From NCBI GenBank assembly GCA_007376445.1, contig VMGF01000002.1, positions 167,928 to 231,927 on the forward strand: a stretch of DNA of 64,000 nt. Reading direction: 5' to 3'. Positions 9,869 through 16,837 of the stretch are shown here, one piece after another (within the stretch, counting starts at the first letter, position 1; every line of letters starts with the position of its first letter). The notes under the pieces were generated by a model that worked only from the letters and a program-made list of their open reading frames with translations, made no database searches and had not been told where the DNA came from. The translations under genes and the position numbers were made by a program. Source of the DNA: Parcubacteria group bacterium Gr01-1014_3. GTDB lineage: Bacteria > Patescibacteriota > Minisyncoccia > UBA6257 > WO2-44-18.

Positions 9869-9936
9869 CCCGTTAGAAACCGCGCCCGCGCTTAGCGCGC
9901 CCCGGAGGGGCCTATGGGCGGGCTGTTTCTAACGGG
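9869..9936. repeat. CCCGTTAGA inverted-repeat element, copy 2 (68 bp, GC-rich nested-hairpin core)
   Basis: CCCGTTAGAAAC ... GTTTCTAACGGG with internal GCCCGC/GCGGGC and GCCCCggaGGGGC stems. Confidence 0.75.
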
Positions 9937-9937
9937 A

Positions 9938-9966
9938 TTGACATATATAATAGAATATGGTATAAT
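9938..9966 (+). promoter_or_regulatory. consensus sigma70 promoter fused to the element (TTGACA-17-TATAAT)
   Basis: TTGACA at 9938-9943, exact 17-nt spacer, TATAAT at 9961-9966. ATG of the next gene at 9976. Confidence 0.6.
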
Positions 9967-9975
9967 ATAGGAGTT

Positions 9976-10485
9976 ATGATTTACTATGACAACATCCCCC
10001 ATTATTCGCAGTTCCTGGATATCCCGCGCGTTGAGTGGCGGGCCGAAGGCTGTGGAATCGCGGCTTTAGCCATGGAAATTGAGTTCTATAAGCCAAAAAG
10101 CGTGTCTATTCCTTCCCTGCTCTCCCAGGCTATTAAGTCTGGCGCGCATGAGCTTGGTGTCGGCTGGAAGCATAAGCAGTTAGCCGATCTCGCTGAATTG
10201 TATGGCTTAGACGGAATTAACTATGACCTTACCGGCATGAGCAAGCAAGAAGCTTTTGGTGAGTTTAAGGATCGCTTAGCGGAAGGACCGGTGATCGTAT
10301 CCGTCCACAATAAGTTCGATCCTAGGGCTGCTCTTGGCCACATGGTAGTGGTAACCGGTATGGATAACGGTTACGTCTTTTATCACGATCCGGCCTATGA
10401 TAATAAGATCGCGAAAATGATCTCTGAGAAAGGATTTATGAAGGGTTGGAAACAGCGCTTCATCACGGTGCGAGAAAAATCCTAG
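9976..10485 (+). CDS. C39-like/papain-like cysteine peptidase domain protein
   Basis: AEGCGIAALAM (catalytic Cys context) and GHMVVVTG (His) resemble Peptidase_C39_2. Confidence 0.45.
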   Translation: MIYYDNIPHYSQFLDIPRVEWRAEGCGIAALAMEIEFYKPKSVSIPSLLSQAIKSGAHELGVGWKHKQLADLAELYGLDGINYDLTGMSKQEAFGEFKDRLAEGPVIVSVHNKFDPRAALGHMVVVTGMDNGYVFYHDPAYDNKIAKMISEKGFMKGWKQRFITVREKS

Positions 10486-10491
10486 AACTAA

Positions 10492-10518
10492 AAAGACCCC
10501 GCTTGCGGGGTCTTTTTA
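10492..10518 (+). terminator. rho-independent terminator
   Basis: AAAGACCCCGCttgcGCGGGGTCTTTTT. Confidence 0.7.
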
Positions 10519-10711
10519 GTGAGGACTCCAGTATCTATACCAAAGCTTTCGCCCTGCTCGGTTCACCCTTACGAATAAACCTTCTGTTCCAAAATCCTCA
10601 TTCTTATTTTCAAAAATAAATGCATCAGTGTCAAGGTAGTCCTTGGGGATAACTATTCCACTATTCATGCGCCTTTCCTTATTCGCCCATTCGTACGAAT
10701 AAGGCCGTAAG

Positions 10712-10739
10712 AGAAAATAAAAAAACCGCGGTTAGGCGG
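10712..10739 (-). terminator. rho-independent terminator
   Basis: On the minus strand: AACCGCctaaccGCGGTTTTTTTT. Confidence 0.65.
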
Positions 10740-11177
10740 TTATTTTGCTTCTTTCTTCAGCTTTTTCAGTTCGGCCTTCAGTTCATTAAAATCATCGAAA
10801 ACACCGGTCGCGAAAAGATACATCACGTCCCAGCGCTCTGGGTCATCCACTAGAATATAGCCCCTTTTGCCTTTTCCAAGATGAACTCCCAGCTCCAGGT
10901 GCCCAGACTTTCCGGCCGGCATCTGAAGAACCGCGATGTCGCATTCATCCAGATGCTTCCGGTCGAACTGGAACACATGCTTGGCGGCGTAACCCTTCAG
11001 CGCTTCTTTGAAACTATGTCCTCTGCCTTTTTCATAATCGCGCCACTTGTCATCCGCTTCCGGACCGGCTGCATACCAGTCATCAAACACTTCAAATCCC
11101 AATTCTCTGATCTGATTTGCCAACTTAGGAACTTCCGGATTTCTCAAAGAGCCTATCAGATAGACCTTCATGGCCAT
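10740..11177 (-). CDS. nucleoside 2-deoxyribosyltransferase-like protein
   Basis: KVYLIGSL ... AGKSGHLELGVHLGKGK resembles the Nuc_deoxyrib_tr fold (active-site Glu context). Internal Met start preferred. Confidence 0.45.
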   Translation of the reverse strand: MAMKVYLIGSLRNPEVPKLANQIRELGFEVFDDWYAAGPEADDKWRDYEKGRGHSFKEALKGYAAKHVFQFDRKHLDECDIAVLQMPAGKSGHLELGVHLGKGKRGYILVDDPERWDVMYLFATGVFDDFNELKAELKKLKKEAK

Positions 11178-11281
11178 CTTGATTCCTTTCTTAGAACACC
11201 TCCAATTTAGCAAAGGATTTTAAGTCGCGCAAGTTTGAAATTTTTAAACTTTGAGTTATAATACAAAGCAGTTCTTAATAT

Positions 11282-11572
11282 TCCCCGGTAGCTCAGCGGT
11301 AGAGCAGCTCGCTGTGAAATAGCGCAGCCTCCTAGAGTAATCTAGGTTGAATAACGAGGTGAACTCGGTGAAACCCCTTTGGGGCAATACCGAGCCAAGC
11401 CCAGATGAAAATCTGGGAAGGTGTAGAGACTATCCCGAAAGGGAGTACTCCAGCGAAAGCTGGCGGAAGCGCCTCGATCCGACAAAGGTCGGATATGATA
11501 TAGTCCACCCCTATTAGTAATAGTAGGACAAGTGTAACGAGAAGGTCCCAGGTTCGATCCCTGGCCGGGGAG
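11282..11572 (+). tRNA. tRNA interrupted by a roughly 219-nt group I intron in the anticodon loop; mature anticodon most likely GUU (Asn), alternatively UGU (Thr)
   Basis: 5' half TCCCCGG-TA-GCTC-AGCGGTA-GAGC-A-GCTCG-CUGU; 3' half UAA-CGAGA-AGGTC-CCAGG-TTCGATC-CCTGG-CCGGGGA-G. P1 pairs exon GCUGU with intron GCAGC through a U.G wobble. Confidence 0.7.
11316..11534 (+). ncRNA. group I intron (self-splicing type) within the tRNA
   Basis: Conserved core elements GACUAUC (R, about 11428) and GAUAUAGUCC (S, about 11498); terminal G; 5' exon ends in U. Confidence 0.65.
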
Positions 11573-11617
11573 CAAATAAAAAAGCCAAGTATTTCAACTT
11601 GGCTAAAAATTTCACGA

Positions 11618-11932
11618 CTACGCATTGGCCATGAGCATCTGCCGATGGGAATGCTCCTTCTTCATCTTCCCGAGCGTAGTAGTTTCCCATGTCGCGAAAA
11701 GATCATCTGCCTTGAGCCATCCATCATGATTGCTAGAACCGGGACCGAGAACATCGCGCTGCAGCTTACCATCCCAAAACGCATAGCAGATAGTAATGAA
11801 CCGCTTTGACTTCTTATTCCACTGAATTGCTCCCGTCTCATACCCTTTTGGGCGGATAAGGCATCCTTCGTCTTTGGCTCTCTGCATTGCGGTCAAAAAG
11901 TCCATATTCATACCTCCTAGAACTTGCCACAT
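11618..11932 (-). CDS. hypothetical protein
   Basis: ORF only; no recognisable motif. Confidence 0.35.
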   Translation of the reverse strand: MWQVLGGMNMDFLTAMQRAKDEGCLIRPKGYETGAIQWNKKSKRFITICYAFWDGKLQRDVLGPGSSNHDGWLKADDLFATWETTTLGKMKKEHSHRQMLMANA

Positions 11933-12021
11933 ATTACAATATAAAATTTTCTATGTCAAATCGCTTGCGCTTGTAAAAACGCTTTGTTAAATTTTAGTCA
12001 GTACATTCAAGGAGTGGCCAG

Positions 12022-12465
12022 TTGAAACTGCCGAACCAATATTGGACCAAGAAAGATATTCAGGATGTTAAGAAGGCGAAAAGTTTTGGCGATCTTTCGG
12101 TGGTAGCAATGCGGGTGGTCGCGCGGATGCCCCAGCCGGTTGGCGAGGTTTGCGGACCGATCACCTCCGGCGGACTCGGCTCACGAGAAAAGAATCTAAA
12201 AGCCTTTAATCAGGCAATCGATAAGCTACGTAAAGCCGGCAACTGCATTTTTGATCAGATTCCGTTTGAGGAAAAGCTTTACGAGTTCACGCAGGCTAAG
12301 TGGTATAAAGGCGGACTTCAGCTCTTGAGTGAGTTTTATCTTCCGATCTTCAAGTCAGGACTGATCGATACTTTCTACTTTATGTCGCTCTGGCACACCT
12401 CAATGGGAGCCAAGTGGGAGCATGATCAGGCCAAGGCGCTTGGGATCAGGATAGTTTATTTATAA
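12022..12465 (+). CDS. hypothetical protein (TTG start, AAGGAG RBS)
   Basis: RBS AAGGAG 8 nt upstream of TTG. CGPITSGG motif; possibly a nucleoside-transferase-like fold. Confidence 0.4.
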   Translation: MKLPNQYWTKKDIQDVKKAKSFGDLSVVAMRVVARMPQPVGEVCGPITSGGLGSREKNLKAFNQAIDKLRKAGNCIFDQIPFEEKLYEFTQAKWYKGGLQLLSEFYLPIFKSGLIDTFYFMSLWHTSMGAKWEHDQAKALGIRIVYL

Positions 12466-12470
12466 AAAAG

Positions 12471-12505
12471 TCCCCTTCCGCCAGTTGGCGGAGGGGATTT
12501 TTATT
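12471..12505. terminator. bidirectional rho-independent terminator (TCCCCT-TCCGCCagttGGCGGA-GGGGA + T-run)
   Basis: Hairpin flanked by A-run and T-run between convergent genes. Confidence 0.7.
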
Positions 12506-12808
12506 TTAGTCGCGCATATTTACTTCATAAGTCTCTCGGTATGATATCACATAGCGTACCGGGATCAATACGACCATACGGCCCGCAGCGCCTTTGGGTA
12601 TGTAGGTTACCCTCAGACAATCTTCGTTCGTAGCCAAAGCTTTGATCGGCTGTTCATCGATCTCGGCGCTCGGGGCTAATTGATAGGCTGGATTCAAAGA
12701 TTCGACAACCAAATCTTCTGGAAGAATGTGCCCGTCCAGCAACCAATCGGAGCCACTCCGCTCAAGATACCAATTGAAAAGGATTACGACCCTGCGAAAA
12801 GACCACAT
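12506..12808 (-). CDS. hypothetical small protein
   Basis: ORF preceded by the family-3 leader that supplies GGGAGG 6 nt upstream of the ATG. Confidence 0.45.
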   Translation of the reverse strand: MWSFRRVVILFNWYLERSGSDWLLDGHILPEDLVVESLNPAYQLAPSAEIDEQPIKALATNEDCLRVTYIPKGAAGRMVVLIPVRYVISYRETYEVNMRD

Positions 12809-12814
12809 ATTTAG

Positions 12815-12882
12815 CCTCCCTAAATCAAATCCCTGATTTGATCGGGCGACCTAACTCACCACATAGTGAGTTAGGTTTAGCC
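12815..12882 (-). promoter_or_regulatory. conserved structured 5' leader (family 3, copy A)
   Basis: mRNA sense: GGCUAAACC-[ACCUAACUCAC..GUGAGUUAGGU hairpin]-CGCCCG-[AUCAAAU cagggAUUUGAU hairpin]-UUAGGGAGG-N6-AUG. Confidence 0.6.
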
Positions 12883-12949
12883 TCAAATCACTGGCCCAAC
12901 TATACCACTATATATAGAAGACGTCCAGGCTTGGTTCTAAGCCGCCCTA

Positions 12950-12978
12950 TTGACATTTAGCATTCTATCTATTATAAT
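12950..12978 (+). promoter_or_regulatory. consensus sigma70 promoter (TTGACA-17-TATAAT)
   Basis: Exact -35 and -10 hexamers with a 17-nt spacer, upstream of the surface-protein gene. Confidence 0.55.
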
Positions 12979-13006
12979 GTGCCTATCAAATAAAAAGGAA
13001 CGAAGT

Positions 13007-13106
13007 CCCGTTAGAACTGGCCAATACGGCTATTTCTAGGGAGGCATCGTAAAAAAAATACACATAAAATATGAAGATAATTAAAAATATCACCAGTTCT
13101 AACGGG
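13007..13106. repeat. CCCGTTAGA inverted-repeat element, copy 3 (CCCGTTAGAAC ... GTTCTAACGGG)
   Basis: 11-bp perfect terminal inverted repeat around an AT-rich interior that contains GGGAGG. The right end abuts the ATG at 13107. Confidence 0.65.
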
Positions 13107-14612
13107 ATGAAAAAACTCATCGTTTTCGGCCTTTTAATGGGCCTGATCGCAGTCAATTTAATACAAGTTAACGTCGTGGAAGCGGCCAGCGAGCCGTGGT
13201 GCTATTTCATCTTCCAGAAGTGCAATGACAACGATGATTCCAGCGCGCCTAGCTCCGCTCCGGCGACTAATAATCCTCCGGTTTGGACTAGTGGGCAGAC
13301 TTCTTATAGCGCCAAAACTGGCGAGCTTTTACAGTTCACGGTAAACGCCATGGATCCGGAAGGAGCCACGCTCATCTATCGGGCTTCTTTTATTCCAAAC
13401 AGCGCGAACTTTAACGAAAACACTCATGTCTTTTCTTGGACTCCAAGTGACAACCAGCTTGGTAATTATTCCATTGAATTCAGCGCTTATGACGGCACTA
13501 ACCGCATTTACCAGAACATTAACGTCCAGGTCATTAAGGGCGTTCAGAATCCGGGCAACAGCCGCCCAGTTTGGACCACGATTCCAAGTCAAACCGCTTA
13601 TGTCGGCCAGACTTTGCAATTCTCTGTCTATGCCAACGACAACGACGGCGACACTGTAAACTATTCCGCTTTGAATTTACCGAGCGGCTCTAACTTCCAA
13701 GAATCCAACCGGACTTTCACTTGGAATCCGAGCTCCGGCCAGGTTGGTTCTCACATCGTCAGCTTCCGCGCTTCTGATGGCACCAACTATGCCGATATGG
13801 GCGTGACTATCACTGTCATCAATGGCACTCCGGTCGTGGGAAATAATAAACCGGTTTTAACCGGCTTCAACCCGCCGATCCGCGCCAATGTCGGTAAGCT
13901 CTATATTTATGATGTTAATTCTACTGATCCAGATGGCGACCCGATCTTCTATATTTTGAATTCCGGTCCGGCCGGTCTGACGATGAATTCCGTCAACGGC
14001 GTTATCAGCTGGGTTCCGTCCGCGAATCAGTTGAACTTCAATCAGGTCAACTTCTCCGTCTCTGACGGCAAGACTCCGACTACTGTCAGCTTCTTCATCT
14101 TCGTGGAAGCCGCGACCGCTCCGGCTCCGGCTGAACCGATCATTGTTGAGCCAAGCGAAGCTCGCGTAGTTATCAGCGATTTGAGCATGCGCGCTGAGGA
14201 TGGCGTGGTCATTGTTTCTTGGAATACCAATATTCCGACCCGCGCTCGCGTGATCTTCGGTGATACTTCCGAAGCGACTAAGACCCGCAACTTTACCTAT
14301 GACGACGCGACTCCGGAAATTCTCGCTATGAGCCGGGACCATGAAGTGAAGCTTGAAGATTTGGAAATGGAAAAGGTTTATTACCTCCGCGCGGTCGCCA
14401 AGACCGACGGCCAGACCGTCACCAGCCGCGAAGTCACCTTTGTGCAACTTCCTGGCCAGGGTGGTCTCCAGTTCTTTGGAGCCGCTTCCCTCTTGTCCAC
14501 CTTGGGCAACTTGCTGACGGAACCGATCGTACTCTTACTCGCGATTGTCGGCATGTTGATCTTTATGTATCTCCAGAATAAGAAAATCGCGAAGCTGAAA
14601 TCACCGTTATAA
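13107..14612 (+). CDS. cell-surface protein with four Ig-like (He_PIG/cadherin-like) repeats and a C-terminal TM anchor
   Basis: Signal peptide MKKLIVFGLLMGLIAV. Four roughly 90-aa repeats (PVWT..G.T..F.V.A.D.DGD). C-terminal hydrophobic helix. An alternative start exists at 13071. Confidence 0.6.
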   Translation: MKKLIVFGLLMGLIAVNLIQVNVVEAASEPWCYFIFQKCNDNDDSSAPSSAPATNNPPVWTSGQTSYSAKTGELLQFTVNAMDPEGATLIYRASFIPNSANFNENTHVFSWTPSDNQLGNYSIEFSAYDGTNRIYQNINVQVIKGVQNPGNSRPVWTTIPSQTAYVGQTLQFSVYANDNDGDTVNYSALNLPSGSNFQESNRTFTWNPSSGQVGSHIVSFRASDGTNYADMGVTITVINGTPVVGNNKPVLTGFNPPIRANVGKLYIYDVNSTDPDGDPIFYILNSGPAGLTMNSVNGVISWVPSANQLNFNQVNFSVSDGKTPTTVSFFIFVEAATAPAPAEPIIVEPSEARVVISDLSMRAEDGVVIVSWNTNIPTRARVIFGDTSEATKTRNFTYDDATPEILAMSRDHEVKLEDLEMEKVYYLRAVAKTDGQTVTSREVTFVQLPGQGGLQFFGAASLLSTLGNLLTEPIVLLLAIVGMLIFMYLQNKKIAKLKSPL

Positions 14613-14621
14613 CGAAGTTTC

Positions 14622-14653
14622 AAAACCGCCCGGTCGAATGACCGGGCGGTTTT
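14622..14653 (+). terminator. rho-independent terminator (AAAACCGCCCGGTCgaatGACCGGGCGGTTTT)
   Basis: Perfect 10-bp stem plus T-run. Confidence 0.75.
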
Positions 14654-14669
14654 GTTGTATAATAAAACA

Positions 14670-15386
14670 ATGAGGCTGCACAGATTCATCGGAAATTTTA
14701 ATCTATCAAAAAACAAGCTGACTATTTCGGATAAGGAAATAGTGAATCAGATCCTTAAAGTTCTTCGGCTTAAGGTTGGCGATGAGATCTATCTCGGCGA
14801 TGGGAAAGAGAATAGCGCGCTCGCGAAAATTTCGGCAATTTCTAAAACCGGCATCGAAGTTCAGCTTTCTGAAGTTGGTAAAAATGAGAGTGAACTTCCG
14901 GTTTACGGCATTCTTTACTGTTCGATTCTCAAGCGGGAAAATTTTGAACTGGTGGCGCAAAAAGCTACCGAGATCGGCATCAAAGAGATCGTACCAATCA
15001 TTTCTAGCCGAACCATCAAACTAAGCCTACGCGAAGACCGCCTGGAGAAAATCATAAAAGAAGCGGCGGAGCAGTCCGGCCGGGGCGAACTTCCGATTCT
15101 CCATAAACCGATGAAGTTCGATGACGCGCTGACGCACTCACGAGCCAATGATTTAAATGTATTTTGTCATCCGGGCGGCGAACTACTGAAAGACATAAAA
15201 CACGCATTTCAAAAGGTGGGAATTTTCGTGGGGCCGGAGGGTGGCTGGGACGAAGCGGAAGAAAAGGCGGTGACTAACTTAAGCACAGGCGCCGGACACT
15301 ACAAGATTGCCAACCTCGGCCCACTCACACTCCGCGCGGAAACCGCCGCGATCGTGGCTACTTATGCCGTCTTAAATCTGAAGTAA
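14670..15386 (+). CDS. rsmE: 16S rRNA (uracil1498-N3)-methyltransferase
   Basis: RsmE-like N-terminal PUA-like domain and C-terminal SPOUT domain. Length about 240 aa. TATAAT 10 nt upstream. Confidence 0.7.
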   Translation: MRLHRFIGNFNLSKNKLTISDKEIVNQILKVLRLKVGDEIYLGDGKENSALAKISAISKTGIEVQLSEVGKNESELPVYGILYCSILKRENFELVAQKATEIGIKEIVPIISSRTIKLSLREDRLEKIIKEAAEQSGRGELPILHKPMKFDDALTHSRANDLNVFCHPGGELLKDIKHAFQKVGIFVGPEGGWDEAEEKAVTNLSTGAGHYKIANLGPLTLRAETAAIVATYAVLNLK

Positions 15387-15391
15387 ATAAA

Positions 15392-15721
15392 ATGGAGCTC
15401 ATCAAATTTGAAGATTTTCAGAAGATAGAGCTCAAAATTGCCAAAGTTCTGGAGGCCAGCCAGGTTGAAGGCTCGGACAAACTTTTAAAACTGAAAGTTT
15501 CGCTTGGCGAAGCCGGAGAACGACAAATAATTGCCGGGATCGGAAAAAGCTATGAGCCGGATTTTTTGATCGGCAAAGAAGTCGCCATCGTGGCCAATCT
15601 CGAACCGCGGATGCTGATGGGGCTGGAAAGCCAAGGCATGATCTTAGCCGCCAAGGGCGAAGCTGGGCCAATCGTGCTCTTTCCGGAAAAGGAAGTCTCG
15701 CCAGGAGCCACAATAAGTTAG
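15392..15721 (+). CDS. tRNA-binding domain protein (CsaA/Trbp111/MetRS C-terminal-like)
   Basis: IELKIAKVLEA ... KLKVSLGE ... IIAGI ... LEPRMLMG, an OB-fold tRNA-binding signature. Confidence 0.7.
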   Translation: MELIKFEDFQKIELKIAKVLEASQVEGSDKLLKLKVSLGEAGERQIIAGIGKSYEPDFLIGKEVAIVANLEPRMLMGLESQGMILAAKGEAGPIVLFPEKEVSPGATIS

Positions 15722-15778
15722 TAATTAAGTAATTGGTAATTTGTAATTACATAATGACTTAATAACTCAATTACTAAA

Positions 15779-16837
15779 TTGAATTCATCTTTTTTTCTTA
15801 AAATTTTGTTTCTATTGGTAGCCTTAGTGGTCGTCGGATCTTTTGCTGTTCCTGACCCGGAACCTATCGTTTTAGATATTTCCGTGAGCGACATCACGAT
15901 CGAGCCGATCAAGGAAGTAATAACGGCGCCAAAGCCAGCTCCAATTACTAAACCGAAACCCGTCCCTGTCGTGGTATCTAAACCTCCAGTCATTGAAATA
16001 CCAACAAGCACCCCAATCGTTGAAGTACCAGCTGTAGTTAAACCACTCACGCCATCTCTCCCGCCTTTAACTCAAAATGATCTTGAAAATATTATGTACG
16101 CGGTGGTGCGAATCCGCTGCGGCGGAACTTATGGATCTGGCGCTGTGATCCGAGTTGAAGATAAACGCTACGCGCTGACGGCCGCTCACGTGGTGGTGGA
16201 TCGGATCGCGGCGAAAAAAGAAACTTGTGATATTATTTTCCCAAGAAAAGATGATTTTGGAGTATTTAAAGAAGCTTATTATCGGCCGGGCAAGATCTTG
16301 GCGCCGGAACAGACCCAATCACAATATAAAAATAACGCCCATGATATCGCTGTCCTGGAAATCTTGCCGATAGAAGAAGACGCGCGGGTATTTCCGGATG
16401 GCCAGCCATTCGTGAATTACGCTTTTTGCCCAGCCAATACACTTCAGGACGACACGCTTTTGATCGGCTACCCGATCAACGCCGGAACTACGGCCACTCC
16501 GGGCGGGGTTATATCTAAATTCCCAGGCGTGGTCGCCCAATATTCTGATATCGATGGAGTTGAAGCGCGGGCCGAAGCTCAATTCTCCGGCGGTTTTGCT
16601 TATTACCCGATTTTAAAAAATACCAAAGATACTACCAGCTATCACCCGATCACCATTAGCGTCAGCACTAATAATTTCTCCGGCGCTTCCGGCGGATTAG
16701 TTTTTAATATCAGCAAACAATGCGTTCTTGGTATCAACACCGCCACCGGCTCGGTAAATAATGTAATTTACGGAATCAGTATGAACCCGGCATTCCAGCC
16801 AATCGTAGATTTCCTGGAAACCGCGATGAGTTTGTAA
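15779..16837 (+). CDS. secreted trypsin-like (S1) serine protease with Pro-rich linker
   Basis: Signal peptide, then PKPAPITKPKPVPVV linker. TAAHVV (His) and GASGG (Ser) motifs. Confidence 0.65.
   Translation: MNSSFFLKILFLLVALVVVGSFAVPDPEPIVLDISVSDITIEPIKEVITAPKPAPITKPKPVPVVVSKPPVIEIPTSTPIVEVPAVVKPLTPSLPPLTQNDLENIMYAVVRIRCGGTYGSGAVIRVEDKRYALTAAHVVVDRIAAKKETCDIIFPRKDDFGVFKEAYYRPGKILAPEQTQSQYKNNAHDIAVLEILPIEEDARVFPDGQPFVNYAFCPANTLQDDTLLIGYPINAGTTATPGGVISKFPGVVAQYSDIDGVEARAEAQFSGGFAYYPILKNTKDTTSYHPITISVSTNNFSGASGGLVFNISKQCVLGINTATGSVNNVIYGISMNPAFQPIVDFLETAMSL

Noticed and set aside
11332-11625. Two ORFs in the track overlapping the tRNA intron (11332-11625 and 11342-11575, minus strand)
   Set aside because: They lie on the opposite strand across a structured group I intron and tRNA exons, so they are almost certainly spurious. 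The intron is too short (about 219 nt) to encode a homing endonuclease.
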